Assembly: GCA_963762145.1 (NCBI GenBank)
Contig: CAVXJS010000009.1
Span: forward strand, 352,001-416,000
DNA length: 64,000 bases
Reading direction: 5' to 3'
From: an uncultured Candidatus Rokubacteria bacterium
GTDB lineage: Bacteria > Methylomirabilota > Methylomirabilia > Rokubacteriales > CSP1-6
In this document: one piece after another, positions 1 through 9,763 of the stretch
How the letters are laid out: each line of letters opens with the position of its first letter
How positions within the stretch are numbered: position 1 is the stretch's first letter
Translations under genes and position numbers: made by a program
Notes under the pieces: model-generated
The model's database searches: none
Seen by the model: only the letters and a program-made list of their open reading frames with translations
What the model was told of the DNA's origin: nothing

Positions 1-47
1 TCGGGGGTGATGGTGGCCTTGACGACGAAGAGGGCGGGACGAGTCAT
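1..47 (-). CDS. 5' end of a small protein running off the window (MTRPALFVVKATITP...)
   Basis: ATG at 47 on the minus strand with a GAGGAGG Shine-Dalgarno upstream; open to the window edge. Confidence 0.5.
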   Translation of the reverse strand, partial: MTRPALFVVKATITP

Positions 48-109
48 GCCGTGAGCCTCCTCAATGGGGTGCGCCTCCTGCCGCGCCACGGTAGCAGGTC
101 GCGGGGACG

Positions 110-138
110 TTGCCGAGCTTCGGATGCCGGGGTATAAC
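110..138 (+). promoter_or_regulatory. sigma70-type promoter of a leaderless transcript
   Basis: TTGCCG(110-115)-17 nt-TATAAC(133-138)-7 nt-ATG(146); no SD. Confidence 0.55.
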
Positions 139-145
139 CTCGCCC

Positions 146-1384
146 ATGTCCGCCTTGCCCCGCGACGGTCGGAGCTGGCCCGAGCTCGCCCAGACGCTCC
201 GCGAGCTCAAGCGCGACGACCTCGACTGGCGTCGCGGCCGGCACGCGGCCTTCGTCTGGCACGCCGACGACGCGGTGGAGGAAGTCGCCCGCGAGGCCCA
301 CGCGCTCTTCATGACCGAGAACGGCCTCGGCCTGCGCGTCTTCCCCAGCCTGCGGCGCATGGAGGCCGACCTCGTCGCGATCGTGCGCGACCTCTTGGGC
401 GGTGACGCGGCCACCGCCGGCCACCTCACGTCCGGCGGCACCGAGAGCATCTTCCTCGCCACCCACGCGGCCCGGGAGTGGGCGCGGCGACGGCGCCCGG
501 AGATCGCCGAGCCCGAGATCGTGGCCGCGTGGTCGGCGCATCCCGCCGTGAACAAGGCGGCCCACTACCTCGGCATGACGGTGCGCCGCGTGCCGGTCGG
601 AGCCGGATTCCGCGCCGACGTGGCCGCGATGGCCGCCGCGATCACCCCGCTCACCGTCATGCTCTACGGCTCGGCGCCCACCTATTCGCTCGGGGTCATC
701 GATCCCATCGCGGAGCTGGCCGATCTCGCGCGGGCGCGCGGGCTGTGGCTGCACGTGGACGCCTGCGTGGGCGGCATCCTCGGACCGTTCGTCCGGGCGC
801 TCGGTCACCCGGTGCCCGAGTTCGGTCTGGCGCTGCCCGGCGTGACGTCGGTGTCCGCCGATCTCCACAAGTCGGGCTATGCGGCCAAGGGCGCCTCGGT
901 GGTCCTCTTCCGGACCGCGGAGCACCAGGCGGCGGGGCGCTACGACTTCGACGACTGGCCCACCGGGCTCTACAGCGTCAACACCTTCACCGGCACCCGC
1001 CCCGGCGGCGCCGTCGCCGCCGCGTGGGCGGTGATGCATTTCCTGGGCGAGACGGGATACCGCCGCATCGCGGCCACCGTCATGGCGGCGAAGGCGCGCC
1101 TCGTCGACGGCCTCGCCCGTGTCGGCGGGGGGCTGCACGTCTGGGGCGAGCCCGAGCTCTGGGCGGTGGGCTTCGGCAGTGAGGCCCACGACATCCTCAC
1201 CGTCGCCGATCGGATGACCGCCCGGGGCTGGTCGGTGGGGCGCATCCGCGAGCCGCGCGGGATCCACCTCATGGTGACGCCGGTGCACGCGCCGATCATC
1301 GAGGAGTACCTGGCGGATCTCGCCCGCTCCGTGACCGAGGCCGCGACGGCCACGAGCCCGTCGCCGACGCGCGCCGTCTACTGA
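146..1384 (+). CDS. PLP-dependent group II decarboxylase / sphingosine-1-phosphate lyase-like protein
   Basis: TSGGTESI, HVDACVGG and SADLHK(PLP-Lys)SGY motifs. Confidence 0.85.
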   Translation: MSALPRDGRSWPELAQTLRELKRDDLDWRRGRHAAFVWHADDAVEEVAREAHALFMTENGLGLRVFPSLRRMEADLVAIVRDLLGGDAATAGHLTSGGTESIFLATHAAREWARRRRPEIAEPEIVAAWSAHPAVNKAAHYLGMTVRRVPVGAGFRADVAAMAAAITPLTVMLYGSAPTYSLGVIDPIAELADLARARGLWLHVDACVGGILGPFVRALGHPVPEFGLALPGVTSVSADLHKSGYAAKGASVVLFRTAEHQAAGRYDFDDWPTGLYSVNTFTGTRPGGAVAAAWAVMHFLGETGYRRIAATVMAAKARLVDGLARVGGGLHVWGEPELWAVGFGSEAHDILTVADRMTARGWSVGRIREPRGIHLMVTPVHAPIIEEYLADLARSVTEAATATSPSPTRAVY

Positions 1385-2170
1385 GTGCGGGCCGGGGTCG
1401 CGCTCGCGGTTGCCGCGCTCCTCCTGCTGATCGCCTGCGTCGTGTGGCTCGACCGCTTCATCTTCTTTCCCGACCGGCGGGTCGGGCCGCCGCCCGCCGG
1501 CGTGGAGGAGCGCGGGATCACGACCCCGGACGGCGTCCGCCTGCACGCGTGGTACGTCCCGCCCCGCGACGGCGGCCCCGTGCTCCTGTGGTCGCACGGC
1601 AACGCGGGGAACATCGACTCGCGCCGGGCGCTGCTGGCCGCCCTGGCCGCCCGAGGACTCGGGGTCCTCGCCTACGACTACCGCGGCTACGGGCGCAGCG
1701 AGGGCTCGCCCGACGAGCCCGGCGTCTACCTCGACGCGGCCGCCGCCTTCGACGACCTGGTCACGCGCGGGACGGACCCGGCCACCATCGTGTGCTTCGG
1801 GGAATCGCTGGGCGGGGCGGTCTCCATCGAGGTCGCCACCCGGCGCGCGTGCGGGGCGGTGATCGCCGTGTCGGCGTTCACGCGGCTGGCCGATGTCGCA
1901 CGCCGGCACTACGGCCCGCTCGGCTCGCTCGCGGGCGACCGTTTCGACTCGCTGGCGCGCCTGCCGCACGTGGCGGCGCCGATCCTCGTCGCCCACGGCG
2001 ACCAGGACGAGATCGTCCCCTTCGCGCTGGGAGAGCGGCTGTTCGCGGCGGCCCAGGAGCCGAAGCGCTTCGTCCGCGTCGCCGGCGCCGACCACAACGA
2101 CGCCCTGGGCCACGCCGCCTTGCTCGACGCCATCGCCGCGTTCGCCCGGGAGGCGGTGGGCGCCGATTGA
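1385..2170 (+). CDS. alpha/beta hydrolase (ABHD/BEM46-like) with N-terminal membrane anchor
   Basis: HGNAGN, DYRGYG, GESLG nucleophile, HGDQDEIVP, GADHND. Confidence 0.85.
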   Translation: MRAGVALAVAALLLLIACVVWLDRFIFFPDRRVGPPPAGVEERGITTPDGVRLHAWYVPPRDGGPVLLWSHGNAGNIDSRRALLAALAARGLGVLAYDYRGYGRSEGSPDEPGVYLDAAAAFDDLVTRGTDPATIVCFGESLGGAVSIEVATRRACGAVIAVSAFTRLADVARRHYGPLGSLAGDRFDSLARLPHVAAPILVAHGDQDEIVPFALGERLFAAAQEPKRFVRVAGADHNDALGHAALLDAIAAFAREAVGAD

Positions 2171-2194
2171 CATGACCGGGCGGCCGGGCATAAT
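2167..2194 (+). promoter_or_regulatory. sigma70 promoter of the peptide-binding protein gene
   Basis: TTGACA(2167-2172)-16 nt-CATAAT(2189-2194); AAGGAGG SD before ATG 2229. Confidence 0.5.
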
Positions 2195-2228
2195 CGGGCC
2201 ACCAGACCGTCTCTCCAAGGAGGATCCC

Positions 2229-3782
2229 ATGCGATTTCCGACCTGGGTCCGTCCGCTCGGTCCCGCGCTGATCATCGCGCTCCTTCTCGCCGCCTCCCCT
2301 CCCCTCGCGCGCGCCACCCCCGAGGGCCAGATGACGTGGGCGGTGCACGTGTCGATCGCGCCCACGTGGTTCGATCCCGGCGAGCACCCGGGCATCGTCA
2401 CCAGCATGATGATCTTCTACGCGCTCCACGACGCGCTGGTGAAGCCGATGCCGGGCAAGCCGGCCGCGCCGTCGCTCGCCGAGTCGTGGACGGTGTCGCC
2501 GGACGGGCTCGTCCACGAGTTCGTCCTGCGCCGCGGGGTCGTCTTCCACAACGGCGACCCCCTGACCGCGGAGGACGTCAAGTTCTCGTTCGAGCGCTAC
2601 CGCGGAGCGGCGGCCAAGCTGTTCAAGGAAAAGGTCGCGGCGGTCGAGGTGGTGGATCCCCTGCGGGTTCGCTTCCGCCTGAGCGAGCCCTGGCCCGACT
2701 TCATGGCCTTCTACGCCACCCCCGCGACCGGAGCCGGCTGGATCGTGCCGAAGGCCTACCTGCAGAAGGTGGGCGACGAGGGATTCAAGAAGGCCCCGAT
2801 CGGCGCCGGCCCCTACAAGCTCGTCTCGTTCAATCCCGGGGTCGAGATGGTCCTGGAGGCGCACGAGCGCTACTGGCGCAAGACGCCGCACGTGAAGCGG
2901 CTGGTCTTCCGGGTCATCCCCGACGAGGCGACCCGGCTCGCCGTCCTCAAGCGCGGGGAGGCCGACGTGGCGTACTCGATCCGCGGCGCGCTCGCCGAGG
3001 AGGTGAAGCGCACCGCCGGGCTCAGGCTCGCTCCCACGCTGCTGCCCGCGACGTTCTGGATCGACTTCACCACCGAGCAGTGGAACGCGAAGTCGCCGTG
3101 GCACGATCGGCGGGTGCGCCTGGCCGCGAGCCTGGCCATCGACCGGCAGGCGATCAACCAGGCCGAGACGCTGGGCTTCTCGAAGGTCGCGTCGAGCATC
3201 ATCCCCTCCTCGTACGAGTACTACTGGGGCCCGCCGCCCATCGCGTACGATCCGGCTCAGGCCCGGCGGCTCCTCGCCGAGGCCGGGCACCCCAACGGCT
3301 TCGACGCGGGCGACCTCGCCTGCGACGCCTCCTACACCAACGTGGCCGAGGCGGCGGCCAACTATCTCAAGGCGGTGGGGATCCAGACGCGGGTGCGCCC
3401 GATCGAGCGGGTGGCCTTCCTGGGCCAGTGGCGCGAGAAGAAGATCCGCGGCGGGCTCATGCAGGGCGGGGCGGGCGCGTTCGGCAACGCGGCCACCCGG
3501 ATCGAGAACTACATGACCTCGCGCGGCACCTACGTGTACGGCACGTACCCGGAGATCGACGATCTCTTCGCGCAGCAGGCCCGGGAGACCGACCGCAAGA
3601 AGCGCGAGGCCCTGCTCCAGCAGATCCAGCGCATCGCCCACGACCGCGTCATGTTCGCGCCGATCTGGGAGCTGGCGTTCCTGAACGGGGTCGGCCCGCG
3701 CGTCGACGAGGCCGGCCTCGGCCTCATCGAGCACCATCCCTACTCCTCGCCCTACGAGGATCTGAAGCTCAAGGCCCGCTGA
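2229..3782 (+). CDS. ABC transporter substrate-binding protein, family 5 (DppA/OppA-like); no permease genes adjacent
   Basis: Signal peptide; SLAESWTVSPDG...LRRGVVFHNGDPLTAEDVKFS; PIGAGPYK. Confidence 0.9.
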   Translation: MRFPTWVRPLGPALIIALLLAASPPLARATPEGQMTWAVHVSIAPTWFDPGEHPGIVTSMMIFYALHDALVKPMPGKPAAPSLAESWTVSPDGLVHEFVLRRGVVFHNGDPLTAEDVKFSFERYRGAAAKLFKEKVAAVEVVDPLRVRFRLSEPWPDFMAFYATPATGAGWIVPKAYLQKVGDEGFKKAPIGAGPYKLVSFNPGVEMVLEAHERYWRKTPHVKRLVFRVIPDEATRLAVLKRGEADVAYSIRGALAEEVKRTAGLRLAPTLLPATFWIDFTTEQWNAKSPWHDRRVRLAASLAIDRQAINQAETLGFSKVASSIIPSSYEYYWGPPPIAYDPAQARRLLAEAGHPNGFDAGDLACDASYTNVAEAAANYLKAVGIQTRVRPIERVAFLGQWREKKIRGGLMQGGAGAFGNAATRIENYMTSRGTYVYGTYPEIDDLFAQQARETDRKKREALLQQIQRIAHDRVMFAPIWELAFLNGVGPRVDEAGLGLIEHHPYSSPYEDLKLKAR

Positions 3783-3785
3783 CGA

Positions 3786-5312
3786 TCAGAAATCGGTATC
3801 GGGAGCATCGGCGGCCCCCGCTCCAGTGCGGTGCTGCCGCCGGTGCTGCCAGAGGGCGAGGACGACGGAGACGACCGACAGGAGCAGCATGCCGCCCGAG
3901 ATCGGCCGGGTGAGGAAGAGGAGCGGATCGCCGTCCGTCATGAGGGCGCGCACCAGGTTGACCTCGATCTGGTCGCCGAGGATCACCCCCAGGATCAGCG
4001 GGGCGAGCGGGAACCCGAACTTCACGAGCAGGTACCCCATTACGCCGAAGAGCAGCAGGGCGTAGACGTTCGCCATGACGTTGTTCAGCGCGTAGGCCCC
4101 GATCACGCAGAGCACCAGGATCTGCGGGATCAGGACCGCCTTCGGCACCCGGACGATGCGGAGATACACGCCGGCCAAGAGCCACTGCAGCACGATCATC
4201 ACCGGGTGGGCCAGGATGTAGGCCGCGAAGATCCCGTAGGCCACGTGCGGCTGCTGGCTCATGAACAGCGGGCCCGGCTGGATGCCGTGGATGGTCATGG
4301 CCCCGAGCATCACCGCGGTGACCGCGTCGCCCGGGATCCCGAAGGCCATGATCGTGACCAGCGAGCCGGCCACGTTGGAATTGTTGGAGGCTTCCGAGGC
4401 GATGATCCCTTCCGGGATCCCGGTGCCGAACTTCTCCGGGTGCTTGGAGAACTTCTTGGCCTGATCGTAGGCCATGACGTTGGCCGCGCTGCCGCCGATG
4501 GCGGGCAGCACGCCGATGAGCAGGCCGATGATCGTGGACCAGAGCAGCAGGAACGGCCGGCTCAGGATCTCCCAGATCACCGCGAGGTGGGACACCTTCA
4601 AGTCCGGCGCGTCCACCGAATCGGGCCGCGTCCCCGCCGCGATCCGCTCCAGGTCGGTCATGATCTGGGCGAACGCGAAGATGCCGATCAGCACCGGCAG
4701 GAACTGGAAGCCGGATTGCAAGAAGTCGCTGCCGAACGTGAAGCGCGGCACCGCCATGATGGGATCGGTGCCGATGACGGTGATGACGAGGCCGATCGCC
4801 CCGCTGAGCAGGCCCTTGAGCAGCGAGGCCTCGGTCAGGCCCGCCACCATGGACAGCGCGAAGACGAAGAGCGAGAAGTACTCCCACGGCCCGAACTGCA
4901 GCGCGAAGGCCGCGAGGGGCCCGGTCGCGCCCACCAGGAAGAACGCCCCGAGCAGGCCGCCGATGAACGACGCCCACGTGCCGAGCCAGATCGCGCGGCC
5001 GGGCTCGCCCCGGCGCGCCATCGGAAAGCCGTCGAACGTCGTGGCCACCGCCGACGGCTTGCCGGGAATGCCGAGCAGGCTCGACGTGACGAGCCCGCCC
5101 GACTCGCCGCCCACGTAGACCCCGATCATCGCGGCGAGGCCCGCGAGCGGCTCCAGGCCGAAGGTGAAGGGCAGCACGATGATGATCGTCATGGTGATGG
5201 TCACGCCGGGCAGCACGCCGCCGATCAGCCCGACCGTGGTGCCGATGACGAGCGGCACGAGGTACTGGAGCTGGAGGACCTCGCCGAAGCTCGTGAAGAG
5301 GGGGCCGAACAC
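3786..5312 (-). CDS. tctA: tripartite tricarboxylate transporter large permease TctA
   Basis: GIPGKPSAVATTFDGFPMA, EASNNS, GIQPGPLF motifs; polytopic membrane protein. Confidence 0.9.
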   Translation of the reverse strand: MFGPLFTSFGEVLQLQYLVPLVIGTTVGLIGGVLPGVTITMTIIIVLPFTFGLEPLAGLAAMIGVYVGGESGGLVTSSLLGIPGKPSAVATTFDGFPMARRGEPGRAIWLGTWASFIGGLLGAFFLVGATGPLAAFALQFGPWEYFSLFVFALSMVAGLTEASLLKGLLSGAIGLVITVIGTDPIMAVPRFTFGSDFLQSGFQFLPVLIGIFAFAQIMTDLERIAAGTRPDSVDAPDLKVSHLAVIWEILSRPFLLLWSTIIGLLIGVLPAIGGSAANVMAYDQAKKFSKHPEKFGTGIPEGIIASEASNNSNVAGSLVTIMAFGIPGDAVTAVMLGAMTIHGIQPGPLFMSQQPHVAYGIFAAYILAHPVMIVLQWLLAGVYLRIVRVPKAVLIPQILVLCVIGAYALNNVMANVYALLLFGVMGYLLVKFGFPLAPLILGVILGDQIEVNLVRALMTDGDPLLFLTRPISGGMLLLSVVSVVLALWQHRRQHRTGAGAADAPDTDF

Positions 5313-5315
5313 GGC

Positions 5316-5774
5316 TCAGAACCCGGTGAGGCGCCCGCGAGGCAGGAGCACGTTCAGGTACGCCTCGAAGAGGTGATAGGTGACCAGCATGCAGCCGAGC
5401 GCGCAGGCCACCACGACCGCCGCGGCGCGGACGGTACGCGGCGGATCGAGCGTGGCCTGGAGCGCACCCACGAACAGGACGGTGGCGACGCGGTAGCCGA
5501 CCAGCGGCAGGAGAAACACGTAGACCGTGAAGATGCCGAAGGCGAGGAGCACGAGCCGGTAGCGGCCCGCCGGCCGCGCGGGGTGGCGCCCGCGGCGCCA
5601 GAGGTCGGCCACCAGCAGGGCGGCGCTCAGCACCGCGGTCACCCCGAAGAGGATGCGCGGATAGAACCCGGGCCCGATCGGGACGAGCGCCGGCTGCGGC
5701 AGCCCCCGGCTCACCCACAGAAGCAGCAGCGAGCCGGCGAGGCAGACGAGGCCGGCGACCCCGTCCCGGCTCAA
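5316..5774 (-). CDS. tctB: TTT small permease TctB
   Basis: TTG start overlapping the tctC stop; GPGFYPR motif, 4 TM segments, C-terminal LPRG. Confidence 0.8.
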   Translation of the reverse strand: MSRDGVAGLVCLAGSLLLLWVSRGLPQPALVPIGPGFYPRILFGVTAVLSAALLVADLWRRGRHPARPAGRYRLVLLAFGIFTVYVFLLPLVGYRVATVLFVGALQATLDPPRTVRAAAVVVACALGCMLVTYHLFEAYLNVLLPRGRLTGF

Positions 5775-6718
5775 CGCTTCAGGAGCCCGAGATCGCGCGC
5801 CAGCGCCTTGTTCAGATCGTCGTTCTGCTTGAGGAACTCGCCGTAGCCCTTGCGATCCAGGAAGCGCACGAAGGTGCCCTGCTTGGCCATGTCCTCGGCG
5901 AACTTCGCCTCCGCGGTCGCCTTCCGGCACGCGTCCTCGATCTTCGCGATCACGTCGGCGGGCGTGCCCTTGGGCACCATGATCCCGCGGGTCACCGCGT
6001 AGACCACGTTCACGCCCAGCTCCTTGAGGGTGGGCACGTTGGGCGCGTCGGGCAGGCGCTGCTCGGTGGCGACCGCGAGGAACTTGAGCTGCCCCGCGTC
6101 CACCTTGCCCTTCTGGGTGAGGTTGGAGTCGGTCAGGTCGATGTGGCTGCCCAGGATCGCGTTCATGCGCGGCGCGAGGCCCTCGTAGGAGACGTACTTG
6201 AACTTGATGTCGGCCGACTTCTCGATCAGGGCCGGGAAGAAGTGGCTGGTGGAGCCGAGCGTGGCCCCCACCGTGATCTGGCCGGGCCGCGCCTTGGCGT
6301 CGCCCAGGAGCTCCTGCCAGGAGGACCACTTCGTCTTCGGGCTCGCGGTGAGGACCGAGGGCGTGTTCGACACCGAGCAGATGGCCTCGAAGTCGGTGTA
6401 GGCCACGTCGGCCACGCCGGTGTAGTAGGTCGAGTGGATGTAGTCGTGCACCGCGTAGAGCGTGTAGCCGTCCGCCGGGGAGCCCTTGGCCTCCCGCGCC
6501 CCCGCGGTCCCGGAGGCGCCGGTCACGTTGGCGATGACCACGGTCTGCCCGAGGTGCTTCTGGAGCTGCTGGCCGAAGGGCCGGAAGATCGCGTCGGTGT
6601 CGCCCCCCGCGGCCCACGGCACGATCAGCTTCACGGGACGCTCGGGATAGGCGGCGAAGCCGGCCGACGCCGCGAGGGCGAAGGCGAGCAGACAGGCGAG
6701 AACCGTCAGTCGTCGCAT
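5771..6718 (-). CDS. tctC: TTT substrate-binding protein TctC/Bug
   Basis: Signal peptide; YPERPVKLIVPWAAGGDTD; PNVPTLKELG. Confidence 0.9.
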   Translation of the reverse strand: MRRLTVLACLLAFALAASAGFAAYPERPVKLIVPWAAGGDTDAIFRPFGQQLQKHLGQTVVIANVTGASGTAGAREAKGSPADGYTLYAVHDYIHSTYYTGVADVAYTDFEAICSVSNTPSVLTASPKTKWSSWQELLGDAKARPGQITVGATLGSTSHFFPALIEKSADIKFKYVSYEGLAPRMNAILGSHIDLTDSNLTQKGKVDAGQLKFLAVATEQRLPDAPNVPTLKELGVNVVYAVTRGIMVPKGTPADVIAKIEDACRKATAEAKFAEDMAKQGTFVRFLDRKGYGEFLKQNDDLNKALARDLGLLKR

Positions 6719-6861
6719 GGGAGTAGTCTCCTTTGGCCGGCGATCGCACGCCCGGCGGGCCGATGATAGCAGACCGCGGCGGGCGCGCTATAGGCACACA
6801 TTGTCTTTGACAGCGCCGCCTCTCCTCTCGCACGATGCCATGGGCTCGAGGAGGTGACGCC

Positions 6862-7401
6862 ATGGCCGCGAAGCGCACGCGCAAGCCGAAGCCGCGAACC
6901 CGCCGCCGCCCGGCGCGCCCCCGGATCCGCGCGCAGCGTATCGACGCACGCGCGAAGACCCTCGCCATCGGGGCCGAGCCGCCCATCGATCGCGACCCGG
7001 ATCATCTGGTCCCGGAATTCTGGACCCGTCTCCGCCGCGCGCTCGAGCAGCTCGCGGCGGCGGGCACCCCGTTCCGGTTCCACGAGGGATTCCGCACCGT
7101 CGAGCGCCAGCAGTGGCTCTACGGATCGGGCCGGCCCCGGGCCGCACTCGGGCGGCCGGGCGCCATCGTCACCAATGCCGACGGCGTCACCGTGCGGTCC
7201 AACCACCAGGGCAGCGGCACGGCGGGCTCGGGGCGCGCCGCGGATTGCTACCCGCTGCGCGACGGGCGCGTGATCATCCCGGCGGCCTCGGATCCCCTCT
7301 GGCGGGCCTACGCCGAGGCCGTCCGCGCGCAGGGCCTGACCGCCGGTCTCTACTGGCCGCGGCTCAAGGACGCGCCCCACTGCGAGCTTCCCACCGGATA
7401 A
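6862..7401 (+). CDS. M15 family Zn peptidase (L-Ala-D-Glu peptidase / endolysin-like) with a basic N-terminal tail
   Basis: GAGGAGG SD; EGFRTVERQQWLY, SNH...AAD and DAPHCEL motifs. Confidence 0.8.
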   Translation: MAAKRTRKPKPRTRRRPARPRIRAQRIDARAKTLAIGAEPPIDRDPDHLVPEFWTRLRRALEQLAAAGTPFRFHEGFRTVERQQWLYGSGRPRAALGRPGAIVTNADGVTVRSNHQGSGTAGSGRAADCYPLRDGRVIIPAASDPLWRAYAEAVRAQGLTAGLYWPRLKDAPHCELPTG

Positions 7402-7419
7402 CGACACGGAGGCCTCACC

Positions 7420-9756
7420 ATGGCAAAGACCCGGAAACGGCGCGCGACTCCTTCCCGGACCGCCCAGGCCGGCGCGGCGCACGCCGCGGCCGTCACGGAC
7501 GGCGCGCGGACCATCATCTTCGTCCACGGGATCGGCAACAAGCCGATCCAGTCCGTCCTCAAGTGCCAGTGGGACAACGCTCTCTTCGACTTCGACCTGG
7601 GCGAGCGGAGCCGGCTCGCGTACTGGGTCAACCGCGAGTTCTACCCAGACCCGACCACCGACACGTGCCAGAGCGGCGACACCGTGAAGCTCGAGGACGA
7701 GCCGACCGGGCGGGGCCTCAGCATCCGGAGCCATCTCGAGGCCGTCACCCTGAACGACGAGGTCGCCGCGGTGACCGACAACGAGCGGCAGCAGCGCCTC
7801 CTCCTGTCCATCGCGCGCAAGATGCAGACGAGCGCCGCCGTGCCGAAGGTTCGCGGGGTCGGGGCCCGCGGCGTCGGTGCCAAGGTCCTCCCGTTCGCCG
7901 GGCTGCGCGACTTCGTCACCCGGTCCTTGACGCGCGCGTTTCTCCGCGACGTCAACGACTACTTCTTCGTCCCGGCGCGCCGCGAGGCGATGCGCCGCAG
8001 CGTGCTCGAGCGGATCGAAGCGGGCGGCGGCCCCTTCGTGGTGATCGGGCACAGCCAGGGCTCGATGGTCGCGTACGACGTCCTGCAGAGCCTCCCGGCC
8101 GACGTGGACGTGCCCCTGTTCGTGACGATCGGCTCCCCGCTCGGCATCACCGAGGTGCAGGACCAGGTCAAGCGCCTGACCAACCAGCGGAGCCTCGCGG
8201 TGCCGGCCTGCGTCCGGGAATGGGTGAACGTCGCCGATCCGCTGGACCCGGTCGCGCTCGACAAGGACCTCAGCAACGACTTCGCGCCGTCGTCGCGCAT
8301 CCGCAACGTCCGGCACGGGAACCCGGACAGCCCGCGCAATCCCCACTCGGGCACCGGGTATCTCCGGACCCCGCCGGTCCAGGACGCGGTCCACGACGCG
8401 GTCTCGATCGGCCTGTTCCAGCCGGTCGCCGACTTCGTCGTCACGCGCGATCTGGTCCGGAACCTCGAGAACTGCCCCCCGGAGGAGCGGCACCCGGTCC
8501 TGATCGAGCTCTCCCAGGAGCCGGCCCAGGCCGCCGGGCCCGGCCAGGACCTGGAGGCGGTCCGGCAGACCGTGACCGCCCACGTCCGCCGCCTCACGCG
8601 GGCGTCCGACGAGGTCCTGAACCTGGAGGAGCTGCGGCACTTCGTCGCGGCAAAGCTGAGCCGCACCGAGGTCGAGACGCTCGCCTCCAACCCGGAGCTG
8701 CGCAGCCTCAAGGTCCGGCGCGTCTGGCGGAACGCGGTGAAGCGTGCGCTGCTCGACGTGTCGGTCCACACCGTGCAGGCGTTCCCGGCGCACGCGGGTT
8801 ATCGGGCGAGCGGCCGGGCGATCGACTGGGCCATCCTGGACACCGGCGTCAACGCGGGGCACCCGCACTTCAAGACCTTCGGAAACATCGGACCGCAGTA
8901 CGACTGCACGGCGCGGGGCCCGCTCAAGGTCGGGGTCGCGCCGGACGAGAACGGACACGGCACCCACGTGGCCGGCATCATCGCGGGAACCTACACCGTT
9001 CCCGGGCCGGTCCCTCGCGTGCTCTCCGGCATGGCGCCGGAGGCGCGGCTGCACATCTACAAGGTCCTGGATCGCCGGGGCAACGGCGACGACGCCTGGA
9101 TCATCAAGGCGCTCGATCACATCGCGGAGACGAACCGCAAGGCGGGACGGCCCGTGATCCAGGGCGTGAACCTGAGCCTGGGCGGTCCGTTCGACCAGAG
9201 CGTCTTCGGCTGCGGGCACTCCCCGCTGTGCCAGGAGCTGCGCCGCCTCTGGCAGCAGGGCGTCGTGGTCGTGCTCGCGGCGGGCAACGAAGGGTTCGCG
9301 GTGCTGCAGACCCTGGACGGCACGGTGGACGCGAACATGGATCTCTCGATCGGCGACCCCGCGAACCTCGAGGAGGCGATCGCGGTGGGCTCCATCCACA
9401 AGCAGAATCCCCACACCTACGGCATCTCGTACTTTTCATCCCGTGGCCCGACTGCCGACGGGCGACAGAAGCCCGACCTGGTCGCGCCCGGCGAGCGCAT
9501 TCTCTCGTGCCGCCACCGCTTCGCGGCCGGCGCGCGCACCGCCCAGGATCTCTACGTGGAGATGAGCGGCACGAGCATGGCCGCCCCGCACGTCTCCGGC
9601 GTCCTGGCCGCCTTCCTGTCCATGCGCCGGGAGTTCATCGGCGATCCGGACGCGGCCAAGAAGATCCTCCTGGGCAACTGCACCGATCTGGCCCGCGACC
9701 GCCCCCAGCAGGGCGCGGGGATGCCCAACCTGGTGCGCATGATGCTGAGCACCTAG
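7420..9756 (+). CDS. fusion of an N-terminal alpha/beta hydrolase (lipase-like) and a C-terminal S8 subtilase
   Basis: N-terminal FVHGIG, GHSQG, TIGSP, DPLDPV, NPHS; C-terminal ILDTG, GHGTHVAG, AAGN, GTSMAAP; no signal peptide. Confidence 0.85.
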   Translation: MAKTRKRRATPSRTAQAGAAHAAAVTDGARTIIFVHGIGNKPIQSVLKCQWDNALFDFDLGERSRLAYWVNREFYPDPTTDTCQSGDTVKLEDEPTGRGLSIRSHLEAVTLNDEVAAVTDNERQQRLLLSIARKMQTSAAVPKVRGVGARGVGAKVLPFAGLRDFVTRSLTRAFLRDVNDYFFVPARREAMRRSVLERIEAGGGPFVVIGHSQGSMVAYDVLQSLPADVDVPLFVTIGSPLGITEVQDQVKRLTNQRSLAVPACVREWVNVADPLDPVALDKDLSNDFAPSSRIRNVRHGNPDSPRNPHSGTGYLRTPPVQDAVHDAVSIGLFQPVADFVVTRDLVRNLENCPPEERHPVLIELSQEPAQAAGPGQDLEAVRQTVTAHVRRLTRASDEVLNLEELRHFVAAKLSRTEVETLASNPELRSLKVRRVWRNAVKRALLDVSVHTVQAFPAHAGYRASGRAIDWAILDTGVNAGHPHFKTFGNIGPQYDCTARGPLKVGVAPDENGHGTHVAGIIAGTYTVPGPVPRVLSGMAPEARLHIYKVLDRRGNGDDAWIIKALDHIAETNRKAGRPVIQGVNLSLGGPFDQSVFGCGHSPLCQELRRLWQQGVVVVLAAGNEGFAVLQTLDGTVDANMDLSIGDPANLEEAIAVGSIHKQNPHTYGISYFSSRGPTADGRQKPDLVAPGERILSCRHRFAAGARTAQDLYVEMSGTSMAAPHVSGVLAAFLSMRREFIGDPDAAKKILLGNCTDLARDRPQQGAGMPNLVRMMLST

Positions 9757-9763
9757 GCCAGCC

